NCBI GenBank assembly: GCA_965649825.1
Contig: OZ287706.1
Coordinates: 806,001-870,000 of the forward strand
Origin: Penicillus capitatus
Taxonomy: Eukaryota > Plantae > Chlorophyta
Length of the DNA: 64,000 nt
Reading direction: 5' to 3'
Position numbers and translations under genes: made by a program. Under the pieces are notes generated by a model that had not been told where the DNA came from, searched no databases, and saw nothing but the letters and a program-made list of their open reading frames with translations. Below are positions 22,062 through 36,849 of this stretch, in pieces; the stretch's first letter is position 1, and every line of letters begins with the position of its first letter.

Positions 22062-22405
22062 AAGGCTTTGAAGATTGAAGTGTACGATCGCGATCCTATC
22101 TCGAGGGACGATTTCATGGGAGCCGTTCGGATTCCTGCAAGTGCCCTGTGCAACACCGGCCCAGGAACACACTATTTTTGGTTTGATTTGGGTCCTGGAA
22201 AGAAAGAAGATCGACAGACCACCGTCTCGGGGAGGATTCTGGTGTCCGTGACGGCAGAGGATTCATGAATTCTGTCGTGCGACACCACATTCGTCCGTCG
22301 ACTCCCCACGCAAACGACACTCATTAAAGTCTTTTATTTTCTGCTTTTACGGGCGATCGACGTCTGTGCTCATGGTCATTGTCGTAACGAATAGATATTT
22401 TGTGA

Positions 22406-24672
<2,267 letters not shown>

Positions 24673-25009
24673 TAGGGGCGATTCCTGGGGAACCAAATCC
24701 CATCGACCACGATGGCATTGCCCAAGGGATACCATGGCATCTGTCCGATAATTCAAGAGGGACGTTAGCAAAACAATACCGGGATGTCTGCAAACACGCG
24801 AGAGGTGTCTGTCTCCTGTCCTTGCTCGCCCTTTGCGAAGTTCTGGAGCTGCGGACCTTATTCATGAAAAGTTCCTCGAGATCCTGGCACAGAACATTCT
24901 CGATAACGGATAGCGACGGTTGGGCACGCGCCGTCAGCATAAAAGGCGGCGGCACATGCAATGCGCAGCCTTTTTGTTTTCTTGCACGCGTTTTGTCGCC
25001 AGCGCAAAA

Positions 25010-26945
25010 ATGATGTGGCGTCCGACAGAGCAATGGGCCGTTCCTGCGTTGCTCGCCCTTCTTCTCTTTGTTACGCACCTGTCCCACGTCGACGGCACGA
25101 CGTGTTCGACTGAGGGCTCTCTCGTCGACTGCGGTAAACGACTGCTTGTCTACCGCCGTGGCTCAGAGCGCATCCAGGACACTATGGAATCACAAAGGAA
25201 GAATGTGAAGGGAAACAACAGTGCTGCTGGAATTCCAACGTTCCTCCGGGTTCTCCATGGTGTTTCTATCCAAACGAAGAATACAAGTACTGCTCGGATA
25301 CGGCAGAGCGTTCGGACTGCGGTAGACCGTTGATGCACTTGGTCTGTGGTGAGACGATGTTGCCTCTCAGGACACTTTGGAATTACCGAAAAGGAATGCG
25401 TCGACCGCGAATGCTGCTGGAACGAGAAGCCGGGCGAACCCTATTGCTTTTTCTACAATACGAACATGGACCCGCGACGCTGTCCAACGGATGAGTCTCG
25501 CGAAGATTGCGGTGCGTTTGGTTTTTCGTGACGGCGGTGATGTAGCCGTTCTTCATTGTGCTGTAGGTTACACCGGTATCCAGCAAGATGAGTGCACGAG
25601 AAGAGGATGCTGTTGGTCTCCGCTTTCTGACGGGTCCAAAAAACCGTGGTGCTTTTTCAAGAATTATGGGAAGAGTGACTACGACGCATGCTGCCCAGCA
25701 AGTTATCGGATGGACTGCGGTAAGACGCAGGAGTCTGCCACGGGTCTTTGACATGTTCTCTGTGCCGAACAGGCTATGGGGGCATTGACGAAAGGGAGTG
25801 CCTGGGAAGAGGCTGCTGTTGGGATCTGAACCAGAAGTCGGGTGTTCCGTGGTGCTACCACAAGAACTGCAAAAATCCTTCTCTGGAGAAGTGTTCGGCA
25901 AAGCTCCCGCGCATAGAGTGTGGCAATTACATGACACAGCAGTCGGAGTGCACGAGAAGAGGATGCTGTTGGTCTCCGCTTTCTGACGGGTCCAAAAAAC
26001 CGTGGTGCTTTTTCAAGAATTATGGGAAGAGTGACTACGACGCATGCTGCCCAGCAAGTTATCGGATGGACTGCGGTAAGACGCAGGAGTCTGCCACGGG
26101 TCTTTGACATGTTCTCTGTGCCGAACAGGCTATGGGGGCATTGACGAAAGGGAGTGCCTGGGAAGAGGCTGCTGTTGGGATCTGAACCAGAAGTCGGGTG
26201 TTCCGTGGTGCTACCACAAGAACTGCAAAAATCCTTCTCTGGAGAAGTGTTCGGCAAAGCTCCCGCGCATAGAGTGTGGCAATTACATGACACAGCAGTC
26301 GGAGTGCACGAGAAGAGGATGCTGTTGGTCTCCGCTTTCTGACGGGTCCAAAAAACCGTGGTGCTTTTTCAAGAATTATGGGAAGAGTGACTACGACGCA
26401 TGCTGCCCAGCAAGTTATCGGATGGACTGCGGTAAGACGCAGGAGTCTGCCACGGGTCTTTGACATGTTCTCTGTGCCGAACAGGCTATGGGGGCATTGA
26501 CGAAAGGGAGTGCCTGGGAAGAGGCTGCTGTTGGGATCTGAACCAGAAGTCGGGTGTTCCGTGGTGCTACCACAAGAACTGCAAAAATCCTTCTCTGGAG
26601 AAGTGTTCGGCAAAGCTCCCGCGCATAGAGTGTGGCAATTACATGACACAGCAGTCGGAGTGCACGAGAAGAGGATGCTGTTGGTCTCCGCTTTCTGACG
26701 GGTCCAAAAAACCGTGGTGCTTTTTCAAGAACAGTGATGACTGTGGACACGTCGAGTCGAAGGAGAAGCCAGAGCCATCTCCGTACGAGAAGGCTAAGAT
26801 CGAGGAGAAGCCAGAGCCATCTCCGTACGAGAAGGCTAAGATCGAGGAGAAGCCAGAGCCATCTCCGTACGAGAAGGCTAAGATCGAGGAGAAGCCAGAG
26901 CCATCCCCTTATGAGACGACTGCGACAGTGGGACCAATAGAATAA
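25010..26945 (+). CDS. Secreted multi-trefoil (P-type) domain protein, copy 1 (about 9 trefoil domains)
   Basis: Signal peptide; repeated CG|YxGIxxxECxxRGCCWxPxxxxxPWCF motifs, with introns often falling in DCG|; ends after EEKPEPSPYEKAKI repeats at TAA 26943-26945. Confidence 0.85.
25590..26731 (+). repeat. Tandem duplication, 356-bp unit x about 3.2, including the intron
   Basis: Identical ORFs recur at 25748, 26104 and 26460 (period 356); each unit holds two trefoil domains plus one intron. Confidence 0.95.
26760..26915 (+). repeat. 42-bp coding repeat (EEKPEPSPYEKAKI) x about 3.7
   Basis: gaggagaagccagagccatctccgtacgagaaggctaagatc repeated. Confidence 0.9.
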
Positions 26946-27660
26946 GTGGAACGCGGACAGCCACAGGATGACGTTGTGGGTGGAGATTACGTCGAGGAGC
27001 TCCTAGAAGAATATAGACTTGCGGTGCCCTCAAAGACGTCAGCTGACGCGTTCGATTCCGCAGACGAGGATGCGGTGTTTATTCCTGTAAGTAGCACGGA
27101 ATCATCCGTCCATCATCATATTGGAGGAGGACAGGCAAAGTCGGGTAAAAAAGAAGAGACAAGAGAATCGGTTGGAGGTGCAAGTGCAGTGATCGTCGAC
27201 GAGGAAGACGATATTCTGGATGAAGTCGTGTCGTCCGCTACTGCCAAGAAGACAGAAACGATGAAAGAGTACGCTGTAATGGCACATGGAGATGAAACAG
27301 CAAAACGACGTGGACGTCATTCCGGAGGCGTCACGAAGAAGGTTGGCTCAGAGAAATGCTTGGGATGCGAGAGCAAAGAAAAAGCAAAAGAATCCCTGGA
27401 AGAGCAATTCGTTGTGAATCCAAAGAGTCGGTGACGTCTTCGGAGACTGAAATTCATGAAGTCGAGGTTCCTTCGGCGAAAAAAGATGAAACTTCTTGCG
27501 GTGAAGATTACTGTAAGTATATGAGGGTAGCACGAAGATGACGAAAGAGGAGAGTTTTGGTTCGCAAAAAAACTGAAAGTGAGAAGGAAGCCGAATCTGT
27601 CTCTGGCGAATCCGGTGCTGACGCTAAACTTGAAACGGAGTCCGAGACGACGAAGACGAC
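26946..27660 (+). pseudogene. Decayed acidic mucin-like tail of trefoil gene 1
   Basis: Near-identical to the reverse complement of about 63090-63800, but follows an in-frame TAA, has frameshifting indels near 27414 and 27520, and homology stops abruptly at about 27660. Confidence 0.8.
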
Positions 27661-28220
27661 CGTTGATCCAAAGTGACGTTAATGAACGTGTCACATCAGC
27701 CGGTAAAAGGCTCGATCGGACCGATCGTATTGTGTAGTCAAAGACATCGCCGAACGAACACACAGCGAAAACAAATGTAAAATCTTAAAAAGCGTTCTCT
27801 ACAGATTGTCAAAGGAAAGCTTCACGTATTACAGAGCAAAAGGTATGCACGTGTTTACGTTTATGTCTTTGTATGCCACAGGTGACATGACACGTCGTAT
27901 AAGCGCCCCTTCAGAGACAGAAAGAACCCTTGGACAACAAAACAGTCACATCATGACGGTCCTGTTCTTCTGACATAGATGCTCTCCCATCTTAACATTA
28001 ATGGTCCTTCCCACATATTGTAATCAGGATTTACGTTTTGTTATATGGTTTCGGAGTAAATTAACACAATGTGCGCGTTGTTTTTACGAATCGCCAACGA
28101 GAAGAAGCTTCTATGAGCACCTGTATGTTTTCATCTTTGGAAAGCCGCCGTCATATGCAAAGAACGGTTTGCATGAGCTTTGCGGGAATCTTCAGATCAT
28201 TTTGATCATATGCGTACGTA

Positions 28221-29245
28221 TTGCTTTCAGCGATGAATGCGATGTTGCGCCGTATCACAGACTCTCCTGAGTTTGTGGGAACTCTTCTCGCGTTTCTGAT
28301 GGTTATGTTGGCTGTTACCATCGCGTACTGCGCGCTTCCTCGATTATTCGATGTCGAACTTTTCAAGTCTTTCTGGGAAAGGAAGAAAAGGCGAATTTCG
28401 AAGGCAACCAGGTCATCAACGAAAAAGGGAGATCAAACATCTTCATCCGAGGGCCGCGATGGCATCCTGTTCAAATCCATCACGATACGAAACGCATCTG
28501 TGGTGGATCGTCTTCAAGCATTAATAGATGCCTATTTGGACCTACTGATACGACGGATTTTAGTGCGAAAGAAAGAGAACGTAAACGTGTGTTTTTAAAG
28601 GTTGAGTCTGATACAAATGCTCCAATTCATATGTTAGCCTGTATGACGCTACTTTTACGTCATGCTGACGTCATGCGACGCTCTGATGGCAGCTTGATGT
28701 GACTTCTTTTCTCATAGCTTCTCCTCTTCTTTCATTACACTACCGAGACGAATAATTTGAAGGTCGATCTAGTGCTCAAGGTTCTGGCCGATGAAACTGG
28801 ATATTCATCGATTCCCAAAGATGTCGGAGGATGGACAACTGAAAAGAGTCAGAAAATCTTAAAATAGTGTGGTCAAGTCTATTTTGGCCATCGAGGCACA
28901 GCAGGGTTCAAGTCTTAGTCCCAGAGAAATCCTCGGAAAAGCTGTGGTTGAAGGCCGTGGATTGAACACCTGCAGCTTTTGGAGAAGGCGACGAACATCT
29001 TCCAAAATCTAGAACCAAAAATTAGCGAGACTGAAGCGATGGAGGTCGTTATCCCGAGATTAGGGATGCAGTTCGTGGTGGCGCTTTGGCAAAATCGACG
29101 TTCGCTGAACGCGACCCGACGGGTGAGTGTTTTCCTCGACACAACTAAATTTTCCGCCTTTTTGCTAGTGTTGGTGTTTGCTTTTCGATGTGAAAGTATG
29201 TGCTGTCCGCAGCCGGCACTGAAATACGCTGTAAACCGAGGTTGA
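28221..29245 (+). pseudogene. Hypothetical membrane-anchored gene fragments, probably decayed
   Basis: ORF with one hydrophobic segment followed by KKRR, and further broken frames with splice-like signals; no family recognised. Confidence 0.25.
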
Positions 29246-29399
29246 AGTTTTTTGTAAAAATCAGAAATGCATCGACAACCCTAGAAACATTGATTTTGTA
29301 CATAAGGACTGCGACGCCTTCGAACTCTTTAAAGAGACGCTTTTTCGTATCGAAGTGATTCCTCAACCGACATGAGGTGAAAACCGACGAGACTCTATC

Positions 29400-30525
29400 G
29401 CAACCACACCATGACCCTCGAAACACGACGACCGTTTTACGAAAAGCCACGTCATTGGCCACGGCCATCCACTCAACACCAAATCTTCGTTTACGCCAAT
29501 GAACAAACACCATGCTTTCCGACGAAGCCGTTTAGTATAACGGCGCAGTGCATTCATTGTGTCGCCAAGATGGCCATGATAATCGGACTGTCTTGTTCGG
29601 CTGGGGTCGGTTGCGTCAAGGGAACAGCCGGTCGTGTCAGAAGGGCCGTGTATACGTCGGAGGACGCGTTTCCATAGCGCTGAGACGCGGATGAGTCATC
29701 TGTTGTCAGCGAACAGCTGTCCACCTTCGTGCAGCTACCACGGAGACGCGTTGATGTTGACAGTGGACGCGTATAAAATCCGAACAGTGATTGTTACAAC
29801 AGTCTCTGTAACCAGTATGCCTTCGTCGTTAGCGCGTTTCAGCGCCAAACACGACACTGTCTAGGCAGTCAAGTCAAGGGGCAGGGATAAGAGGATAGAT
29901 TTGCCGTTATTGAAACGCCTTTGAACGTTTGTAATAGTTTGCCTTTGTCGGAGTTCTCTGCCATTCTGGCTGATAACGATCGCGAGCGGGACATTCGCCA
30001 CGCCCTTGTTCCTTATCCCCCTCTGTATCTGTCGTGCGTGGTGCGCGGTGAGGCAGACGCCGTCGGCACGCATGCGATTCCGAGGCAGAGAAAAAAGAAC
30101 AAACGCTCCGTTAATGATAAATGATGTTCTTCTGATTGTCAATTTTAGTTTTCTGCTGGCAGGCCGTCAGATCAATCCATCAGTATCCTACGTTTCAGGA
30201 GAGCCTCGATCGGTTTCGTCAAGGCGAACGAGAGGAGATTCATCGACGGGGCGCAGAGCAGGTGTTTCATAACGCTGAACTTTACAACACTCGTCGAAGT
30301 TCGGAAGACGGAAACGCCGAATTAGTGCCCGTCCTCCCAGAGGATATTCCATCCCTAGACCCGCAAGAGCAACAAGTTGAGGGAGAAGAAAGACCTGATC
30401 TCTCGCAGGAAGTCAACGAAGTACATCCACATCAGTCGGACGACAATCATCAGCCAGACGACGACACATTGTGTAACAGCCAGCGCAAAGCAATCCGGTA
30501 CAATCTCAGGGAGAAATCCATGTGA
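29400..30525 (+). mobile_element. Possible degraded gypsy-type integrase remnant
   Basis: Fragments WP..CIHC, LMLTVDAY..SVTS..LARFSAKH, AELYNTRR and terminal RYNLR lie in integrase-like order across broken frames. Confidence 0.35.
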
Positions 30526-32428
30526 AGAGTGAGCCTCGGTGCTTCCGCCTTCGTTGTCGGATGGACGCGCGGGAAAGGTTCGTCGCAATAGTATATCTTG
30601 AACTATGGCGCATACAAGATTCGCGATTGTTTAAATACTCGGAATTCCACATGACGTGATGCCTCTCATCATGGGCGTCGTACACGATGTCATGCTTTGT
30701 GTCATGTTCGCCTCAAGCCTGACAAGCCCCGCAGGAACGTCACAATCCGCGGCGGTTCCAAACGAATCGCGCTGCAGCAGAACGCGACAGCGTCGTCAAT
30801 GCAGCCTAAAAATTGTTCCTACAAGCCTCTGTCCTTCACAAACCATCGACATACATACGCAACAGCAATATCCCAAAAGTGCTTAAGTGATCTTATCCTG
30901 TAGAGAGTGCTTTTGAGAAGTGTGACCGTCTGTTCGAAGTCTACTACATGTCCGTCCAAGCAGACCACTTTCTCGACTGTTGCAACCAGCAGATGCCCTT
31001 GCAGGAGGAATCACACCCGGGTGTTGGCGACTGAGAGAGGAGTCACGCAAGAACAAGCGGAGGAACCCGAAAAGCGCACGGAGATCAGACTTAATGCCAG
31101 ACTCGCAGTGTTTTGACACGTATGTTCTTTTTGATGCCGATGTTGCTGTAAGAAGTTTCGATTGCGTCGGCAGACCCGTCTGATTCTTTGCCATCTGTAG
31201 TCCACTGGAGATCGAGCATTAAGAAAACGGGTCCCTCTGCTTTTGCATCAAGAGGCCACTCGCTTTGCGACGTCTTTTCAATCATCGTCAAGTTGGCAGA
31301 GCTGACCAAAGATGCTGTTCAGCGGGGGCACTTTATGCAGTTGGTTTCGTCCATGGTTTCGGAAAACCGAATTCAGCGGCGGAAGTCACCGATGCAGAAG
31401 GCTTATCGGATTCCGGCCAAGTTCTTACGAAAGAGGCACTGGAGAAGAGAGTCGTGTGAAGGCAAGGATGATATTAAGTGACTTTGTCGGATGATGAGTG
31501 CCTTTTAAGAATTGATTAATTCAGTCTGATGACAGCCGCGCCGGCCCTAACAAATCGCAATAAAGCTAGGCGCAAAAGAATGGATGCTTAGGAAACTGAC
31601 CCATCATCGCCTTACTCAAGAATCTCAAGATGTGTGCAGACCTCAGTTCACCAGCCTTACGCTCGCTCCCTTCTTTTGCGAAGAGATTGGAGTCGACAAA
31701 ATAAGTGCTTCTTACTCTATTTCCTAACAAAGACACCAATCGTTCTCTAACAAATCATCTACCAGATCCTACTCTGAATTTCCCATGTTGTACAATTTGT
31801 TTTGTAGATGTTTAAGGTTCATGTCTTCTTCTCATAACGTTTAACGAATAGGAAACAAGAACGATTGAATCCTTTTCTCTCTAACAGCGATCAATAAATT
31901 CGCGCAATGGCCACATAGCAGAGCAATCGTCAACATGTCTACAGCCACATCTGTATCGTCATCGTTGACGATCGATCATCATATATCGATCGATGAACTG
32001 TACAATACAACAGCATTGCTGAATTGCTTTGTCATCGCATCCGACGGACTCTGGAAACAACTATGTAATACTGAGTAGCAGTCGTCCGTTGTCGTCTGCA
32101 TATCACATAAACGCTGCATGTACCGATACAACTCTCGTTTTCTTATTCCCGCGCTTCCTTCGGATCTCTCGTTGGAGGACAAGTTTGATTGGCGGCATTT
32201 GTGACCAATTGGCAGGTATTACCATGAATTCCACTAAAAACAATGGCATGTATACAGCAGAGAATCTTCAGTGCACCACCAGCTCTTCTCTTTTCAACAC
32301 GGTCGGTGTCAAAATCACTAGATCGTAAGTCCGCATGATGCGACGTGGCACAATCGAGTGGATCTTAAGCGCTGTCTGGATCTTATCCTCGCTCTTCCTT
32401 TTTCCTTCCTACCCTTTCAGTTCCATCC

Positions 32429-33630
32429 ATGGCGACACGACGCCCTCCTCGTCTTTCCCTGTTTCCGATCGGTCTCATACTGACAACGATCGCTCTACAT
32501 ACCCTCGCAGAGCCAACGTGTACTGTCGACCGATATCTCAACGAATGCGGTAGGCCACGTCTCGCTGTTGCCCGAGACTTAACAGCGACGCTATACCAGG
32601 ATACTTTGGCATTCAACAAGCCGAATGCGAAAGTAGAGGTTGCTGCTGGAATCCGCATGTTCCACAGGGACAACCTTGGTGCTTCTACAAGAATGGCGGC
32701 TACAAGTACTTCGCACCAGAGCTACCTCGTGTCGACTGCGGTAAGCACAGAAAGCTTATTTTCTTGGAACGAGGAATGGAATGCTCAGGTTATTATGGCA
32801 TTCAGAAAGGGGAATGCGAGGATCGTGGATGCATGTTTGCGCCTGCGACTGGAGAACCCTGGTGCTTCTTCCCCAACACCAACACCGATCCAGACACGTG
32901 TCCTTCCCGTCGCGTCGAGTGCGGTAAGCGGGCAGCGAAAGAGCGCCGCCTTTCTAACCGTCCCCTCCTTCCCGCAGGTTTTGTTGGAATCGATCAGGAC
33001 GGGTGTGAAAGCAGAGGGTGTTGTTGGTATCCTCTGGAACCGGGATCTGCAGAGCCCTGGTGTTTCAACAGCATTTACTCCGAACCTGCCACTGTCGCCG
33101 AGGCATCACCCGAAGAATCAACAGAGACGACACCACTACCCGTAGCATCAACAGAAGAGACGCCAGTCGTGGAGTTGCCACCCGAGCTCGAAGGAATAAT
33201 GGTTCCAGAAGAGGAGGAAGAAGGATTGGGTGTTCATACCCAACCAGAAGAAAGCCCTGCAACAGTAGTGGGCGAACAGACAGGAGAGCCGGCAACGGAG
33301 GCATCGGCTGAAGCGCCTGCCATGGCCGAGAGCGTGACTGTGTTGCCGAATGAGCATCTGCAGGACGAGACCTCTCAATCCATGGAATTTAATTTCGACA
33401 TCGATGCGTTGGAGAAGGACGTTCCGAAGTCGGCTTATTCCCAAAACCATCAGGATGGTTTTCGCGTACCCTGTGATACGGAAGCACTAACAGAACACGA
33501 GTGTCTGGCGATTGTGGAATGCCATTGGGTTCCGGAAGTGACGTCTGGATTCGGTGCTTGTATGAAGCGCCTTTCCGATCCAGGACGTCGCAGCATGGGA
33601 AAATTCTTCAAACCCAGAACCATTTACTAG
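32429..33630 (+). CDS. Secreted trefoil-domain protein, copy 2 (3 trefoils + acidic stalk + Cys-containing tail)
   Basis: Signal peptide MATRRPPRLSLFPIGLILTTIALHTLA; GYFGIQQAECESRGCCW..PWCF, YYGIQKGECEDRGC..PWCF, FVGIDQDGCESRGCCWYP..PWCF. Confidence 0.85.
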
Positions 33631-33986
33631 ACCTCGGGCGATTGCAGAACATGGAGATTGTGCCCTAAGGCAACAGAATCCAAATCTTCCACGCAATCTT
33701 TGCCACCAATGTTCAATTCATCTTTTTTTTTCTTGCTCAGCGGCAGGTCTCTGACCAATGGGTCGATGAAGCGCAGCGATGAATCGATCTTAATATTCGA
33801 GGCAAGAGACACCCAGAATCTATGTAACCGACAATCCGATATTTGCCCGATTTCGCTTCTCATGCGTTTTTTCATGCCATGCGGATCACTCCTCGGTCGA
33901 CGCGCGGGTTTCACTGCGGACAACGACGTGTCGAGATTCGTCGACTAAGCCGTTTCCTTCACATGTGTGTAACAGCGCGTCATCAG

Positions 33987-35189
33987 ATGGCAGCGATGAG
34001 CATTTCCGTCAAAGCGCCGTATGGCGCCATCGGTTCAGGAAACCTTCCGGCTTTGCGACAGGTCTCGTTGCGTCGTCTCTACGCGCTAAAGGATCGTTTT
34101 CTTTGATAGGCCCTAGCTCAAGACGAGACGCTCCATAACATCACTAGTGCGGACGACGGTAGTTCAGGATTTCGTGCCGACGTCGTGCATTCGGCACTGA
34201 AGACGTCCCGAATGGGCCATCTTCTACTGCACGCGTCAGAGTTGCCGTCGACGCAGGACACGCTGAAACGGCATCAATCTGTTCTCCTCGACGGGACGCT
34301 CTGCCTTGCGATGAGACAATTGTCTGGTCGAGGTGGGTCGCCTCACACATCGATGCGTGTAAGATGGCGTCGACCTTCACAGGTCGAAGGGACAACCAGT
34401 GGAAGTCGCCCGTCGGATGTCTCATGTTCAGTGTCTACACGCGATTTGAATTCGACCCTACACTCTCCCCTTTTCTAAACTACATCGTGTGCCTTGCTAT
34501 CGCCCGAGCCATCGAAAAGCTTTCCTTCAAGAAACTTTCCGTTTGATGCCATTTTCGATCGAGGACGACGGTTAAAAGGCGGTTGTAGGGTCATTGTGTG
34601 AGGGTCGATATCAAGTGGCCGAATGATATATACTATCAAGGGCTCAAAATCGGCGGCATACTCCTGCAGTCATCTCTGCGGGGAAAAGAATTCCAACTCA
34701 TCACAGGCAAGAGCTATTATGCACGTCACATCACTCTATTACTCTCGCTTTCAGGCATCGGTCTCAATGTTCTGAACGAGCGTCCGACGACCTGTCTCTC
34801 GAGCATCTTTAAAGAACACGTCATGCGACACGGTCTGGAAGAAATGGACGATCCACTGACCCTCGAAGACACCCTGGCTGAGATCCTGAACGAACTGGAG
34901 CCTCTCTTCGATGTAAGGATTGCAACAAAGAAGGGTATCCCTCGAAGAGCTTCGTGTATTCTAGCATTTCGCTGAAAATGGTTTTGACGAGGCGACGCAG
35001 AACGACTATCTGGAGCGCTGGATCCACAGTGATCAGACTCTCCAGATCGAATCGTCGTCAGTCACTATCAAAGGCATTGCGCAAAGTGGCTTCCTCCTAG
35101 CTCAGACGGAAACGGGCGAGACGATCGAGCTTTTTCCAGACGGCAATTCGATCGACATGCTCCAAGGACTCATCATGAAGCGAACCTAA
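33987..35189 (+). CDS. Biotin-protein ligase (holocarboxylase synthetase)
   Basis: ELPSTQ, QLSGRG|RRDNQWKSPVGCLMFS, IKWPNDIY, KIGGIL, GIGLNV, ELFPDGNSIDM; start codon uncertain. Confidence 0.9.
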
Positions 35190-35329
35190 TCGGCGAACGA
35201 GGAAAAAACGACTGCGATGTGACAGATCACTAACCAACCGCAAGCTGATGTCACGGTCGCGTAAGGCGTTACCCATCAAGGCGTAAACATTTAAACACTC
35301 CCTCGTGACACGATCGTCCTTCTATTCAG

Positions 35330-36535
35330 ATGCTCGGGCACCGGCTTCAAACAGCGACCCCCTGTAACGTGGCTGTGCCACGTCTTCGTCTTCTTCGATG
35401 CTCTGCGAAGCAGGCCACATCGGATGTCCGTCGTCAACCAAGAAGCGAAAACGTCTCTGGCGCTTTCTTCGTCGATCACACTTGCATTGGTAACGACACC
35501 AAGGGTCCATTCGCCTGTAAGCGCCATCGCCCACCCACCCATCTCTAGACTGCGACACCTGTCGGTGGATGTCGCCTTCGGTGTTCACGCGCGTCGGCGA
35601 CATGTCGGCCGTGACGCGGCAGCCCGGAAGCGATGCTGAACGTCAAGCCAGTCTCCAAGCACTGCTTTCATGCCCAACGTCTGTCGGCATGTGGATGGAT
35701 CGATCTGTCATGTATTTTGTCGTACAGGTCGTCGATTCATGTGAACAAGCTTGAGAAGGGCGAACTAAAAGACATCCATGCGTCGTTTCCTTTGCCATTG
35801 GCGCACTCGGCAGATATCTTCTGTTGCGGTTATGCGGCGGAGAACACGTTTGCAGCGACGTCATACGTTATCAAGAGCCCCGGAGGCAATGTCTTGGTCG
35901 ACTGCCCCCGTTTTGTACCGACGCTAGTCAAACGTCTTGACGAAATGGGCGGTATTCAATACATCTTTCTCACACACATGTCACTCTTTGTGTCGTTTGG
36001 CGCAATCTGAATGCGATTCTGTGTAGTGATGACGTGTGGGATCATGCGAAATGGGCGAAGCATTACGGCGCGACGCGCATCATCCATGAAGCTGAGGTGA
36101 ATCACCAAACGAGCGATTGTGAGACGCAGCTGGTCGGGGAGGGACCGTGGCTGGTGGGAGAGAATGGAGATCAAAATGAGATGGAGATTCTACACACACC
36201 CGGTCATACGCTTGGCAGTATCACGCTGTGGCACAAACCCTCGAGGACCATGTTTACAGGTTTGTCTCTTGACGGACAGATCGATGATCGAGTACGATAG
36301 AGCGATGTTGGGTGGCACAGGTGATCATGTATCTTATTCGGCCAGAGTGGGAGGCCTGAGTATCTTTCCGAGATACAATCACCATAGCAAGGCAGTTCAG
36401 ATGGAGAGTGTACGCAAGCTTTTGGATTACGATTTCTTGCATGTGCTTCCGGGTCACGGACGTCGCATCTCGTTTGAGAATGCGGCTGAAAGAGATGCTC
36501 GATTTCATGCCTTTCTGGACAGTCAGCCTGTATAG
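35330..36535 (+). CDS. Ferredoxin-like (Fe-S) + metallo-beta-lactamase fold hydrolase, probably plastid-targeted
   Basis: Transit-like leader; FFVDHTCIG|CDTCRW..LLSCPT; NVLVDCPR, IFLTH|SDDVWDH, HTPGHT, FTG|DH, VLPGHG. Confidence 0.85.
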
Positions 36536-36849
36536 CAGGAAGTGTGTCTCGTTGTTGGTACTGGATATCATGAACGTGCATGGACGAAACCATCTCTGCC
36601 AAAAACTATGATCGAGGGATCTTGCGTCGTTCGTTCGATCGCTCTTCTATGGAGAAAGCTCTGCATTGTTGCTAATCCGATGTTCCCGCGAATCGATGAG
36701 ATGCGCTTAGCAAGATGGTAGAATATGTTTTATCGGAGATCGTCTTCAGGCAAAGCAATATTCATTCCAAGCACACACCAGACTCTTCCATTGCTACAGA
36801 TTCGATGGACAAACCATGGAGGGCTTGAAAATCAGCTGGATTAGAATGA

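Larger units (their letters stand above)
17402..22268 (+). pseudogene. TerD-C2 fusion gene copy 1, C2 exon interrupted by two retroelement insertions
   Basis: TerD motifs VSLGLGWD, DVDASAAL, HSGDDTTGEGGGDDEII, WSFKALG. The C2 domain rejoins in frame after removing the insertions: SDPYFTLKFKK/RTFKSNFVKRSLNPTWNE..KALKI/EVYDRDPISRDDFMG. Confidence 0.85.

Noticed and set aside
20391-22064. ORF1-only element spliced out as an intron (GTAGGT donor, TTTTTAAG acceptor), rescuing the C2 gene
   Set aside because: That splice gives AAG CTT TGA (frameshift and stop), nearby AGs are also out of frame, and the upstream solo LTR disrupts the exon anyway.
26943-26945. TAA/TAG read as Gln (alternative ulvophycean code) to explain the in-frame TAA
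   Set aside because: The three lectin paralogs end at the homologous position with TAA, TAG and TGA respectively, and other genes end in TAA or TAG, so the standard code applies.
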